Shown: positions 1-12,844, numbered from the stretch's first letter. The stretch is DNA of 64,000 nucleotides from Scyliorhinus canicula (GCF_902713615.1 NC_052160.1:137682737-137746736); one strand, 5' to 3'. The notes: generated by a model not told the origin, from the letters alone. Translations and numbers: made by a program.

Positions 1-1896
1 TAATACACCCGGGAGACCAAGGGGAGGGAATTGGGAGGCTCCCCTTCAAAAGAGCAGTTAAAAGTTTTAGGTATTTGGGGGTGCAGGTGGCAAAGAACTG
101 GGGGACCCTCCACAAGTTGAACTTTTCCAGACTGGTGGAACAGATGGAGGAGGAGTTTAAGAGGTGGGACATGGTGCCGCTGTCGCTGGCAGGGAGGGTG
201 CAGTCAGTTAAAATGACGGTCCTCCCGAGGTTCTTGTTTTTGTTCCAGTGTCTGCCCATCTTCCTCCCCAGGGCCTTTTTCAAGAAGGTAACGAGTAGTA
301 TCATGGGGTATGTGTGGGCGCATGGCACCCCGAGAGTTAGAAGGGTCTTTTTGGAGCGGAGTAGGGATAGTGGAGGGCTGGCGTTACCCAACCTTTCAGG
401 ATATTACTGGGCGGCAAATACATCGATGGTACGAAAGTGGATGATGGAAGGGGAGGGGGCAGCCTGGAAGCGCATGGAGAGGGCGTCCTGCGGCAACATA
501 AGCCTAGGGGCACTGGTAACGGCACCATGGCCGCTCCCTCCCACGAGGTATACCACGAGCCCGGTGGTGGCGGCCACCCTCAAGATCTGGGGGCAGTGGA
601 GGCGACACAGGGGGGAAGTGGGAGGTCTGATAGGGGCACCACTAAGAGGGAACCACAGATTTGCACCGGGAAACACAGGAGGGGGATTCCAGAGCTGGCA
701 GAGGGCGGGCATTAGACAACTGAGGGACTTGTTTATAGAGGGGAGGTTTGCGAGCCTGGGAGAGCTGGAGGAGAAATTTGGGCTCCCCCCGGGGAACACG
801 TTCAGGTACCTCCAAGTGAAGGCATTTGCCAGACGACAGGTAGCGGGGTTCCCCGCGCTCCCCGACAGGGGGGTTAGTGATAGGGTGCTATCAGGGGTCT
901 GGGTCGGGGAGGGGAAGATCTCGGACATCTATAAGATTATGCAGGAGGTGGAGGAGGTACCAGTAGTGGAGCTGAAAGATAAGTGGGAGTTAGAGCTGGG
1001 GGAACAGATAGAGGACGGGACATGGGCAGACGCCCTGGAGAGGGTCAACTCGTCGTCGTCATGTGCGAGACTAAGTCTCATTCAATTTAAGGTACTGCAT
1101 AGAGCCCACATGACGGGGACAAGGATGAGTCGGTTTTTCGGGGGTGAAGACAGGTGTATTAGATGTTCGGGAAGCCCTGCGAATCATGCACATATGTTTT
1201 GGGCATGTCCGGCACTGGAGGAGTTCTGGAAGGGGGTGGCAGGGACGGTTGTCGAGAGTGGTGGGGTCCAGGGTCAAGCCAGGATGGGGACTTGCGATCT
1301 TCGGGGTTGGGGTGGAACCGGGGGTACAGGAGGCGAGGGAGGCTGGAATATTAGCCTTTGCGTCCTTGGTGGCTCGGAGGAGGATCTTGATTCAGTGGAG
1401 GGACGAAAGGCCTCCGAGTGTTAACACCTGGTTAAACGACATGGCAAACTTCATCCAATTGGAAAGGATCAAATTCGCCCTGAGAGGGTCGGTGCAGGGG
1501 TTTTTCAGGCGATGGCAGCCCTTCCTAGACCTCTTGGATCAGAGATAGAAACTGAGGCCGTGACAGCAGCAACCCGGGAGGGGAGGGGAGGGCGGGAGGG
1601 AGGGGGGGGGAGGGGGGACAAAGACGAAGGAAGTACGGTAGCGGTGGTGGCACGGGCAAGGCCTGCCCGAGGACGCTGCCAGAAATGATAAGTTGGTCTG
1701 ACTGTCGGTTCGCCGGCGGGGGGGGGGGGGGGGGGGGGGGGGGGGACGCGCGAGTAGGGGGGGGGGGGCTTTTTTCTTTTTGTGTTAAGTAGGGGGGTTT
1801 GACTTTGTTTTGTTATAATTTAAATGTAAATGTAGGGGGGGTTAAAATGTTTGTATTTTGAAAAACTTCTTCAATAAAAATTATTTAAAAAAAAAA
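1..1896 (+). mobile_element. L1-clade LINE, 3' part of ORF2 plus 3' UTR and poly(A); frameshifted
   Basis: ORFs 75-1424 and 1144-1548 read as an L1 ORF2 C-terminus (LSLAGRVQSVKMTVLPRFLFLFQ; Cys/His motif CIRC..NHAHMFWAC; WQPFL* end). A G-rich UTR and AATAAA plus an A-tail follow near 1873-1896. Same family as 60690-63480. Confidence 0.88.
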
Positions 1897-2781
1897 GAAA
1901 ACTGGTTGGCAGAGAGGAAACAAAGAGTAGGAATTAATGGGTCCTTTTCGAATTGCCAGGCAGTAACCAGTGGGGTACCACAGGGATCGGTGCTGGGACC
2001 CCAGCTATTCACAATATATATTAATGATTTGGATGAGGGAGCAAAATGTAACATCTTGAAGTTTGCAGATGTTACCAAGTTGGGTGGGAGGGTGAATAGT
2101 GATGAGGATGCAGAGATCTTAGAGCAAAATCTGGACAGTTTGGGCAAGTGGGCAAATCGATGGCAGCTGCAGTATAATTTGGATAATGTGAGGTTATTCA
2201 CTTTGGAAGCAAAAACAGGAAGGCAGATTATGACCTGGATGGTTTAAATTGGGAGAGGGGAGTGTGCAGCGGGACCTGGGTGTCCTTGTGCATCATTCGC
2301 TGAAGGTAAGCATGCAGGTGCAGCAGGCGGTAAAGAGGGCTAATGGCATGTTGGCCTTCATTGCAAGAGGTTTCAAGTATAGAAGCAGGGATGAATTGCT
2401 GCAATTGTACAGTGCCTTGGTGAGGCCACACCTGGAGTATTGTGTGCAGATTTGGCATCCTTTTCTGAGGAAGGATGTTGTTGCTCTCGAAGGAGTGCAG
2501 CGAAGGTTTACCAGACTGATTCCAGGGATGGCGGGACTGTCGTATGAGGAGAGATTGATTAGATTAAGATTGTTCTTGCTGGAGTTCAGAAAAATGAGGG
2601 AGGATCTCAGAGTGACTTATACAATTCTAGCAGGACTAGACAGGGTAGATGCAGGGAAGATGTTACCAATGATGGGTGTGTCCAGAACCAGGGGTCACAG
2701 TCTGAGGATTCAGGGTAAACCATTTCGGACAGAGATAAGGAGACATTTCTTCACCCAAAGAGTGGTGAGCCTGTGGAATTC
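1897..2781 (+). mobile_element. CR1 LINE RT / C-terminal fragment
   Basis: KQRVGINGSFS..VTSGVPQGSVLGPQLFTIYINDLD, KFADVTKLGG, LVRPHLEYCVQIW, and FFTQRVVSLWNS, with a stop/frameshift between the two ORFs. Confidence 0.92.
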
Positions 2782-3316
2782 ATAGAATCATATAATCGTA
2801 CCATTGAATACAAAATAGTGAAGTTCAAAAGCTATCGATTTATTGAACATCAAACAGGGCATTAGCATAACAAATCCATTAGTATTCGTACATTTGTGCG
2901 ACATCCCAGACCATTGATCCAATATTACTGTCTTGGTTTCTATTGATGTACAAATAGCAATCTAGGCCCAGGGTAAAGAATTCCAAACATTCACCACTCT
3001 TTGAGAGAATAAATTCTTCCTCAAACTCGGCTTCAATGAGCAGCCCCTTATTATGCGCCCTCTGGTCCTACACTCTCTCAAGAGTGGAAACAGCCTCCCA
3101 TTATTTACCCTGTCTAAACCCCTGAGAACCTTATGTTTCAATCATGTTGTAGAGTGTTTACTTAATGCTCAAATTTACTCAATTCTTATTGACACACGGG
3201 AAAAAGCTTAACAAGACTGTTTTGCACAAAGAGGAATTAGGTAGATTAAATATTTATGGGATGTGTCAATGCTGATGTCAATATGGGTGTATCTCCAATA
3301 CAGAAACATGCTCGAA

Positions 3317-3651
3317 GGCAGCACGGTAGCACAGTGGTTGGCACAGTTGCTTCACAGCACCAGTGTCCCAGGTTCGATTCCCGGCTTGGGTCACTTTCTG
3401 AGTGGAGTCTGCACGTTCTCCCCGTGCGTGCGTGGGTTTCCTCCAGGTGCTCCGGTTTCCTCCCACAGTCCAACGATGTGCAGGGTTAGGTGGATTGGCC
3501 ATGCTAAATTGCCCTTAGGTGGGGTTACTTGGTTATGGGGATAGGGTGGAGGTGTGGGCTTGAGTAGGGTTCTCTTTCCAAGAGCCAATGAAGATTCGAA
3601 GGACCGAATGGTCTCCTTCTGCACGGTAAATTCTGTGATTCTATGATTCTA
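3317..3651 (+). mobile_element. tRNA-derived HE1-like V-SINE
   Basis: Head GGCAGCACGGTAGCACAGTGG...GGTTCGATTCC, central CTGCGTGGGTTTCCTCC-type domain, and a GATTCTAT repeat tail. Confidence 0.85.
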
Positions 3652-3653
3652 AA

Positions 3654-5172
3654 GTGAAGAGTGGTGCGGTGGAGGGATGGGGGGGGCGTGGTGGCTATGT
3701 TGGTGCAGTGGGGGGGAGGGTTGTGTTGGTGCAGTGGGGAGGGTGGTGGCTGTGTTGTGGCAGTGGGGGGGCTGTGTTGGTGCAGTGGGGGGGGGCTGTG
3801 TTGGTGCAGTGGGGGGGGGGTGGCTGTGTTGGCGCAGTGGGGGGGTGGCTGTGTTGGTGCAGTGGGGGGGGGGGTTGTGTTGGTGCAGTGGGGGGGTGGC
3901 TGTGTTGTGGCAGTGGGGGGGGGGTGGCTGTGTTGGTGCAGTGGGGGGGTGGCTGTGTTGGTGCAGTGGGGGGGGGGGTTGTGTTGGTGCAGTGGGGGGG
4001 TGGCTGTGTTGGTGCAGTGGGGGGGTGGCTGTGTTGGTGCAGTGGGGGGGTGGCTGTGTTGGTGCAGTGGGGGGGTGGCTGTGTTGGTGCAGTGGGGGGG
4101 GGGTGGCTGTGTTGGTGCAGTGGGGGGGGGGTGGCTGTGTTGGCGCAGTGGGGGGGTGGCTGTGTTGGTGCAGTGGGGGGGGGGTGGCTGTGTTGGTGCA
4201 GTGGGGGGGGGCTGTGTTGGTGCAGTGGGGGGGGGGCTGTGTTGTGGCAGTGGGGGGGGGGGGGGGGTGGCTGTGTTGGTGCAGTGGGGGGGGGGCTGTG
4301 TTGTGGCAGTGGGGGGGGGGTTGTGTTGGTGCAGTGGGGGGGTGGCTGTGTTGGTGCAGTGGGGGGGGGGTGGCTGTGTTGGTGCAGTGGGGGGGGGCTG
4401 TGTTGTGGCAGTGGGGGGGGGGCTGTGTTGATGCAGTGGGGGGGTGGCTGTGTTGGTGCAGTGGGGGGGTGGTTGTGTTGGCGCAGTGGGGGGGGGGGCT
4501 GTGTTGATGCAGTGGGGGGGGGTTGTGTTGTGGCAGTGGGGGGGTGGCTGTGTTGGTGCAGTGGGGGGGGGGCTGTGTTGGTGCAGTGGGGGGGGGTGGC
4601 TGTGTTGGTGCAGTGGGGGGGTGGTTGTGTTGGTGCAGTGGGGGGGTGGTTGTGTTGTGGCAGTGGGGGGGTGGTTGTGTTGGTGCAGTGGGGGGGGGGT
4701 TGTGTTGGTGCAGTGGGAGGGGTTGTGTTGGTGCAGTGGGGGGGGGGTGGCTGTGTTGTGGCAGTGGGGTGGTGGCTGTGTTGTGGCAGTGGGGGGGTGG
4801 TTGTGTTGGTGCAGTGGGGGGGGGGTTGTGTTGGTGCAGTGGGGGGGGCTGTGTTGGTGCAGTGGGGGGGGTGGTTGTGTTGGTGCAGTGGGAGGGGTTG
4901 TGTTGGTGCAGTGGGGGGGGTGGTGGTGGCTGTGTTGTTGCAGTCAGGGGTGGTTGTGTTGAGGCAGTGGGGGGAGGGGGTGGTGGCTGTGTTGGCGCAG
5001 TGGGGGGGGGTGGTTGTGTTGGTGCAGTGGGGGGAGGGGGGTGGTGGTGGTTGTGTTGGTGCAGTGGGGGGAGGGGGTGGTGGTGGTTGTGTTGGTGCAG
5101 TGGGGGGGGGGGTGGTTGTGTTGTGGTAGTGGGGGAGGGGGGTGGTGGTGGTTGTGTTGGCGCAGTGGGGGG
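3654..5172. repeat. G-rich minisatellite, ~24-30 bp unit GGTGGCTGTGTTGGTGCAGT(G)n, ~1.5 kb
   Basis: Directly visible tandem units with variable G-run length. Explains the long low-complexity ORFs in all frames. Confidence 0.95.
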
Positions 5173-6201
5173 AAAGTCAGGTTGAATTTCAGGTTTGGAC
5201 CACACCATTGGAGTTTCCCTGTGCCCCTCTGCCTCAACATTCTGGACAGCATCAATGGGAGAGAATAGCAAACAGATATCCCGTTGATCAAATTTGAATT
5301 GAAGCGTCGGTCACCGGGGAAATTCCAGCAGGCCCACCAACCCCAGAAAAGAGAAGGAGGCGGCCAGGCGAGAGAGACCAGACTGTTCTTAACAAACCTT
5401 CGCCTGCTCCGACCCTGGGTCCCCCGACTAACCTGCCACACTCTCCAATACCGACCTTCACTCCTCCCGTCATCAGCATTTATACGTCAAAAAATCTTTA
5501 TGAAACAGCCATTGCGGCATTCTGACATAGAGACACCATTAAAGAACATGAGCAGCTTATGTACAAAGAAGGTCTTTAGTTCTAATATAAACTATCCAAG
5601 CAGGGCGGTTAGGTACCAGTCCTTTTTGTTAAACTAGCACTGATGGTGAACTAAGAGAGGCAGCTGAACACCCTTGGGAGCTAATAGTTACAATGTGGAG
5701 ACTAAATAGGAAATCTCACAATCCAGGCAAAGGTGACTCCCACACCCTTGGTGTTATCTAAATCATTAGTAACTTAGAGTGCTGTCAAGACACAATTGAA
5801 TCTGTGACTAGAGTCTGACCCACCCTAACACCAGAAATTCCCGCTCGAGGTCAACGGACCTTTCCATGGTTCCGATCCCGACCTTGGCAATATTGCAGCA
5901 GGCGCAGCCGAAAAATCCCGCTCTGAGATTCCCAGATAAAGGAACTTTCCTTATTTATTATTCAGAAAGAGCTGGGCACTAACTGTTGCGTGTGTGTACA
6001 TACCTATCTCTGGGTCCCACATTCACTGTGACACTGTTTTCCCCTTTGAGGGGGGAGAGCTGACTGGCGGTGATTTAACCTGAGGGTCACCACACCTCAG
6101 GCGAGGGGCAAAGCTGAGAAGGTGGGGCCTTGATCAATAACCTCAGCCGGTACGGGGAATTGAACGCATTCTGTTGGCCTCTTTCTGCATCATGAGCCAG
6201 C

Positions 6202-6609
6202 TGATGTGTTATCTGTGTTGGTCTAACATCGACTGCAACTGGATGCAGTGAAACGGGAAACAGGCTTCCGACACAGGAAATGGTCCAACACTGTTTTATT
6301 GAAACTGCTGATTGCTGTACATAATCTGCTGTGGGTTGACACTCGATTAACCTAACTGATAACCTCCTACTGGCTTGGCCAGACAAGCTCTTAACTACAT
6401 GGTGATGATGTTCACTGGCTTATGCACTGTGACTATCTCCTCAGCCGTGTCCTGTGAGAGAGAGAGAGCCTTAATGTCCTGTGGGCTTTATCGTGGTGGT
6501 GTCCTGTCTGGTGATTGGTTGTTCTGTGTCCTGTGTGTTCATTGGTTATCCTGTGTGTCAATCACTGCCTGTCTGCATCTCATGATATACATGAGAGGAT
6601 ATTATGTCA
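6202..6609 (-). mobile_element. Solo LTR inserted into a minus-strand SINE
   Basis: TG...CA ends flanked by a 5-bp direct repeat CCAGC (6197-6201 and 6610-6614). TTTATT (reverse polyA signal) lies inside. SINE sequence continues on both sides (~6070-6201 and 6610-6635). Confidence 0.75.
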
Positions 6610-7310
6610 CCAGCTGCCCAGCCAACTGAGTAATACAATAAAACTGACAAAACTGTAACTGACTATGGAATACCCCTTTTCCAACCCCCCCCCCTCTTCG
6701 AACTACCCCCACTCTCTACACACACACAAACACCACGGAGGGGGGGAGGTGTTTGGGAGGTAAAGAAAACATCAATAAAAGTAAAAGGATAAAGGATCTT
6801 TGATGCATTGGGATGGCTTCCAGTTAAGCTCTTTCAGCAGTTCAAACTTTAATTTTGGTACTTCTTCTTTCTAGGCTTGAGATGGTTTTCTCTGGCAAGA
6901 TCGTCTACTTTCTCTGTAGATTCAAGATCCTTTTGATTTTATAGTAAAGATGTGCCAGCCACTCACTGGTTTTAGAACAATAAAGCAGCTCTTTACTTTA
7001 GCAGAGAGCGAGAGAGAGACTGTCCCTTACCCTTTCAAGGTCTAATCACTTCTGCTCAGCTCTCTCAGTAGCATCACACAAGAACCAATCACTGACTGTC
7101 GAGAGACACTTTGAGAAGCTGTGGAGAGAGGCAGTTTTGGAGAAAACCTCAGGGAGAAGAGTTGCATTCTGATCTGCCTGATGCTGGGTCCACAATTCTC
7201 CCACTGGAAGATAGATTGAGAGCTGTATGTTTCTTTTCTTGTTTTGTAATGCAAAATTGAGTACAGGTGTCTAAGGTGAAACTGTAAGCTGTTATCTTCG
7301 GGTGTGAAGG

Positions 7311-7820
7311 TTTTTTTTAAACGTATTTTATTACAAACATGTATCAAAACATGTTACAGCGAACAAACACCTTGGAAAGCATGCTTCCCGAAAATCAACT
7401 ATACATTCTGTACAGAGTTTCCTCTTTTTCAGCCCCCCAACCCTCCCCCGCAATGATCAGCCCCTCAAACACAATCACAAACATCCCCACCTTCCCTCAA
7501 ACCCCTCTGAAGAGCCCCTTAACTCATACTTTGTCTTCTCTAATCGCAGGAAGTCATACAGGTCACCCAACCAAGCCGCTACCCCCGGTGGCGATGCCGA
7601 CCGCCACTCTAGTAAAATTTGCCGCCGTGCAATCAGAGAGGCGAAGGTCACGACATCGGCCTTCCTCCTCTCCATGAGCTCCGGCTTCTCTGAAACCCTA
7701 AATATCGCCACCAAAGGGTCCAGGTCCCACTCCCTCCTCCACTGTCCTGGCTAAGGCCACCAACACTCCCGCCCAGAACCTTCCCAATTTTTCGCAACCC
7801 CAAAACATGTGCGCGTGATT
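7311..7820 (-). mobile_element. L1-clade LINE 3' end fragment
   Basis: Minus ORF 7475-7714 (FASLIARRQILLEWRS..LRLEKTKYELRGS) is homologous to the L1 C-termini at 1144-1548 and 62851-63234. A T-run near 7311 is the reversed tail. Confidence 0.8.
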
Positions 7821-8039
7821 GGGTGTGAAGTTAACAAAGTGTAATATTGTAGCCATCATAAAGTTTTGTTTTAAAAATAACTAAGCCCTATTTCTTCATG
7901 CAATCACTCCTGGAGTGAATCATTCTTTCCCAATAGTCTTTCAAACACTAAAATATTGGGGTTTTAATCCACTATCCTAGCCATTGTCGGGATCTGGTCT
8001 TGGATCATAACAGTGGGTCAGTGAAACTGGCAATTTCCT

Positions 8040-8220
8040 TAATTGCAACTGTTCATGGATACACAAACAAATTGTGAAACTGCATGATTGGTCAATTTCC
8101 CTTATCCTGTGCATATGTAGGAAATATTTCTAATTCTATGAGGAAGTCAATGATTCAGTTCGGATGTTTTGACCGATAGAGACATTTGTGCTGAAAACTG
8201 TGGATATCGTCACTGGGACC
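8040..8220 (+). promoter_or_regulatory. Putative TATA-less promoter of gene A (ATTGG 8087, CTTATC 8101, GAGGAAGT 8140)
   Basis: The same three motifs recur at identical spacing upstream of the leader exons of genes B and C. Confidence 0.6.
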
Positions 8221-8260
8221 ATGGCGTTCACTACGTTGCTGTTCCTCACTTTGGTATCAG
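8221..8260 (+). CDS. Gene A exon 1, signal peptide MAFTTLLFLTLVS
   Basis: ACCATGG Kozak context, hydrophobic 13 codons plus one base, donor AG|GTAAGA (phase 1). Paralogous to 23327 and 49030. Confidence 0.85.
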
Positions 8261-8557
8261 GTAAGATTTCCTTATTCTACATTTGGATTAACAGCTCACG
8301 TTTATGTCGGATGCTCAGCTCATACTTTTCAGTGTGGTTCTTGCAGTATAAGGGTCTGGTACACACAGGATTGAGGTGGAAGTGAATCCAGTACCGCCCC
8401 CATAGCGATTTTTCTTTTAAATGTCATTCCTTTCTCAGAGTCACAAAGCCAAAGTGCAGTGTGAAAGGGGCGCGCCCCTAATCCATCTCCTTGCTTGCTC
8501 TGAAAACCAATTCGAATTGAACCCAATTCATGGTCCCCACGGAAGGGGCATACTCCT

Positions 8558-8730
8558 GAGACTGGTTTAGCACAGTGGGCTAAACAGCTGGCTTGTCAGG
8601 CAGAACAAGGCCAGCAGCCCGGGTTCAATTCCCGTACCGGCCTCCCCGGACAGGCGCTTGAATGTGGCGACTAGGGGCTTTTCACAGTAACTTCATTGAA
8701 GCCTACTTGTGACAATAAGCAATGGTTATT
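8558..8730 (+). mobile_element. Short tRNA-head SINE (second family)
   Basis: GGTTTAGCACAGTGGGCTAAA...GGTTCAATTCC head and TGTGGCGACTAGGGGC...GTGACAATAAG tail, repeated elsewhere in the window (for example 59085-59265, minus). Confidence 0.7.
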
Positions 8731-9619
8731 AGATTCGATGACAAGAGAAGGCATTGCACCCAATTTCGGGCTTGATCCTACGCTCGATCCTAGCCAAGTG
8801 GCACAGTGATGACCCAGGTCCGAGGGTCAGTGCAGAATTGAGCAGCAACATATACAGACCTAAGCCTAGAGTCAGATCCTAGCCTAAACCCTTTACTGTA
8901 AATGTGTAAATAGTCCTAGTAGTTAATAAAGACTTATAGTTAACCAACGGAAGATTATCGAGACTTCTTTAAAACATACCGTTCTGTAACCAGCACTTTC
9001 CCAACAGTGTTGCCTTTGAAGCTACATCACAAAAAGGAGAAGCTTTCTTTGTCGACTCAAGTCATTATAATGGTTCTACCAATCAATTGGATAATGAAAT
9101 ACAGATTACTCCTGGTTTGGAGTAGGAGAGCCACAAAAGTCCACAAATCTCACACTGATTGGCTTCACATATTCCCGGCACCTTTTACTGGGTCCACCTC
9201 TGCTGGTTTCCATGTCTCAGTTCTCAAGTCATATGTGTCACCTTGCTCAGTAAAACGAACCTTCAGATTCCCAATGTCCCCATGACAATGACAGAGGACT
9301 AATGGGCGCTTCATTTTCTAGATGCATAGCCCAGTGTCTCGTGGTTACCAACCACACAAATGTCCCCAAAGTACAATGGAATTCACAGACTGACTTTCAC
9401 ATTAATGAAAAGGCAGAACGTGCTGGAGAAACCATCAGGTCCAGCAGAGAGGCACTACACAGATTCCAGAACTGGTAGGTCCTTAGGAGGTAAAGCAAGC
9501 AGTGTGCTTCCAGCAGGAATTCCACATCGATCCAGGAAACAAAGCCACGTGGGGGGTTCTACATGAGTTACCTGGCCTCCAATTCTAGCAGGGTGGCTCT
9601 CTTGTTCGCCCCGCTATTT

Positions 9620-9925
9620 CGCCCCGCTATTTCGGCCAGAGATCTTGGGAGTCAAGGAGCACATACCAGGCCGATTGCTGCACTTTGTGAATGTCTTCTC
9701 TCCCCTGGCTGACCAGCAGCAAAGTGAGCGAGTGTCCACTCATCTCGGTTCCATCGACCTGGGCGAATACACTGTTCTTGGGGGTGGGAGATTTCAGCTG
9801 CCCCCTCAAGGCCAGGGACTGCTTTGGAACCCTGCGCCACATGCCAGTGATGGAGAAGTTGAGGGACCAGGTCGGGTCCCTCAACCTGGTGGATGTCTGG
9901 CGACATCTCCATCCTGACTTACATG
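9620..9925 (+). mobile_element. LINE AP-endonuclease fragment (L1/Tx1-like)
   Basis: Reads GDFSCPL...LNLVDVWRHLHPD, resembling the GDFN and DxWR endonuclease motifs. Confidence 0.55.
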
Positions 9926-10539
9926 AGACCTGGACTTGGAGTGTGCTGAATAGACCGGCTTTACATTTTGAAGGCGTACATTTCAGGTGTAGGGAGCATC
10001 TGTGGAAGGGAAGAGAGAGCTAACATTTCAGGTTGAAGACCTGCAACAGGTTTTAAGTAAATACAATGGTCGGGGCAGGGGAAGGACAGGAAGGAACATC
10101 AAGAGCAGGTTTGTGAAGGAAGGAGAAATTAAGGACAAAAGCGAAGACGACGTGGGGAAATAGGAAGTTGGTAGCAGAACAAGCAACGGAATTAAAGAGG
10201 GAGTAAGAGGAGCTTTAGATGGCAATGGCAGGAACATTACCAACAGCTGCCATCTGAAGATAGGGGAGCAATAGTTCCGATCTTAAGTAATTGAATTCAC
10301 TGCTGAGTTTGTGAGCCTAATTTGATGAAAGGTCACTGACCTGGATTGTTAACCCTGTCTCTCTCTGCACAGGTCTCGCCAGCCCCATTGAATTCTTCCA
10401 GCATTTCTTGTTCTTATTTCGGTTTTATCAGTATTTTGTTTTTTGACTTTAACTCGGACAAATTGCAGAAAATGCTGGATAAACTCAACAGGTTTGGCAG
10501 CATCTGTGGAGCGAGACAGAGGGTGCACATTAACGAAAG

Positions 10540-11362
10540 ATCAGAGTCCCGATTTGGGCTCGTAGAGCAGGGTGTTACTTGGCACCTGCAACACCGAGAG
10601 CGGCCCTGCTATCTAATGGTGCAGGGAACACCCCGCCGAAACAGCGCTTACATCATTTCCTGCAGTGGGGAGCTCACCTCAACTGTGCTGGGAGAGATTG
10701 GGGTGCCATTTTTAAATGGCGCCCCAATATTTCGGCCCCCCCTCAGCATCTCCAGCCGTCGTCTCCGGAACCCCCCACCACCCCACCTCCAGAACTAAAC
10801 CTCTTAGGGGGTCCACGAGCCCCCACCCCCCCTCACCAGTCCTCTTAATAACAAGGCACACCCGGGCCCAATCCCTGGCCTAGGCAACCTTGCACCTGGG
10901 CACATTGGCACTGTCAGCCTGGCACCCTGGCAGTGCCCCTGTCAGTCTGGCACTTCCAATGTGCCAGGATAATGGTGCCAATGTGCAGTCTGGCAACGCC
11001 AAGGTGTCTGGATGCCAGCGGAATACCTGGGTACCACCCTGGCAAGAGTTCGACCACTGTGGGGTCTCCAATGACCTGGGAGAGCCCCCAGATGCCATTG
11101 CGTTTGGTCCACGTTTGAGTGGACCAGTAGTAAACAGCACCATGACAAGGCCCCGCTGTGGAGGCCGCTAGTTCTCAGGCCCCTAATGGCTCATTTAAAT
11201 ATGTTAATGTGGATCTCACCCAGCTAGGGCGAGATCCAGATCGCGACGACTCGAGGGATCCTGATAGATCTGACGAGGCAATCTCACGAAAGGCCTCTCG
11301 CGAGATTAAACGGCCTCGTCCCAACACTTAATCTGGTGCGATGAGGCCATTTATCCGCGCCC
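10540..11362. mobile_element. Non-autonomous DNA element (MITE-like), degenerate
   Basis: Shares the TTTAAATAT..GATCCAGATCGCGAC core and GGCAC/GTGCC repeats with copies at 20850-21640, 28300-29040 and 56270-56930. Confidence 0.55.
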
Positions 11363-11747
11363 AGAGTTACTGTTTCGGATCTTAATGTTCCGTCTACAGA
11401 AGCTGCCAGGCCTGCTGAGTTTATACAGCGTTTTCTGATTTTATTTCAGATTTCCAGCATCCCCAGTATTGTACACTTTGATTTTAACGAGGAAGAATTT
11501 CATTTAATTTACACGCAGATCATTGCAGGGGCTTTTTCTCCCCTGATAGTGAGTGCTTCCCAGCATACATCAGAAAAGGCGGGACGTGCTGCCTGCAACA
11601 GTCCAATAGGAACTGATTTGCCACTGTCAATGTGCTCTTGAAAAATTATCACCGATGTGTCATTTCGGGGGTAGTATTTTAAAGGGAAATCGGTGGGGTT
11701 TACTGTCAGAAAATCTTAAGTATCTCAAGCACGGTAGCACAGTGGTT

Positions 11748-12340
11748 AGCACTGTTGCTTCACAGCTCCAGGGTCCCAGGTTCGATTCCCGGCTTGAGTC
11801 ACTGTCTGTGTGGCGTCTGCACAATCCCCCCGTATCTGCGTGGGAGTCGTCCGGGTGCTCCGGTTTCCTGCCACAAGTCCCAAAACACGTGCTTGCTAGG
11901 TGAAATGGACATTCTGAATTCTCCCTCCGTGTACCCGAACAGGCGACTAGGGGATTTTCACACTAACTTCATTGCAGTGTTAATGTAAGCCTACTTGTGA
12001 CAATTAATTTTCTAAGAGGGCAGCACGGTGGCACAGTGGTTAGCACTGCTGCTTCTCAGCGCCAGGAACCAGGGTTCGATTCCGACCTTGGCTGACTGCC
12101 TGTGTGGAGTTTGTACATTCTCCCCGTGTCCGCGTGGGTTTCCTCAGGGTGCTCCAGTTCCCCCCTCAGCCCAAGGATGTGCTGGTTAAGTGGATTGGCC
12201 ATGCTAGACTGCCCTTAGTGTCCGAAGATGTGTAGATTGGGTTGTGGGGAGAGGGCGGGGGAATGGGCCTAGGTAGGATGCTCTTTCAGTGGGTTGATGC
12301 AGACTTGATGGACCAAATGGCCTCCTCCAGCACTGTAGAG
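11748..12340 (+). mobile_element. Two adjacent V-SINE copies (11748-12004; 12018-12340)
   Basis: Two tRNA-like heads, each followed by the conserved central domain. Confidence 0.8.
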
Positions 12341-12514
12341 ATACCTCCATTGATATAATACTAGCTGGACAGGCCGAATGGCCTCCTTCTCTGCTTTAAG
12401 GTTCTTGATTCCAGTCCCACTCAGGATTTGTGTGTGTCCCCTTGTGAAAGGATTGTCTAAAATTGATTGTTGGGATATTTCCAGCTTTCCTAAACTTAAT
12501 GTTTCCCCCAACAG

Positions 12515-12844
12515 CTTCACAGACACAGACGGCTTCGATAGTGGTGAAAGCTGCAGTGGGAGAAACCATCACAGTGGGATGTCCACAGGCAGAAAGGTAC
12601 AAAAGAAACAATGTCATCTGGTGGTGCAAGGCAACTTGGGGAAGTGGGTGCGATCATATATCGAGCATTGATGGGCAGAAAGTCAGAAACGATTATCGAG
12701 GAACATCGATTACTGATACCAATGGCAAGATTTCAGTAACCATACAACACCTTGAAGAGAAAGATACTGGAACATACTGGTGTGGACCAGGAGATAAACA
12801 CACATTCAATGTTTTAGATATTGTATTGCTGAAGGTTTTCACAG
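12515..12844 (+). CDS. Gene A exon 2, V-type Ig domain D1
   Basis: Acceptor CCCCAACAG| and donor CAG|GTAAGA, 330 nt, phase 1-1. Translation includes VGC...IWWCKATWGSGC (CX7C)...DTGTYWCG. Confidence 0.93.

Noticed and set aside
3317-3400. tRNA-like A/B boxes as tRNA genes
   Set aside because: Each continues into the SINE central domain and tail and occurs in many diverged copies, so these are SINE heads.
3649-5271. Long His/Pro/Thr-rich and Gly/Cys/Trp-rich ORFs (up to 540 aa)
   Set aside because: All frames are open simply because the G-rich tandem unit lacks stops. There is no splice or domain support.
5180-6060. Unique sequence with a 117-aa ORF upstream of gene A
   Set aside because: It has no recognisable motif and no similarity to the 3' exons of the receptor genes, so it cannot be assigned to an upstream paralog.
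8738-8990. Possible solo LTR in gene A intron 1
   Set aside because: It has an AATAAA and LTR-like composition, but I could not find matching TG...CA ends with a target-site duplication.
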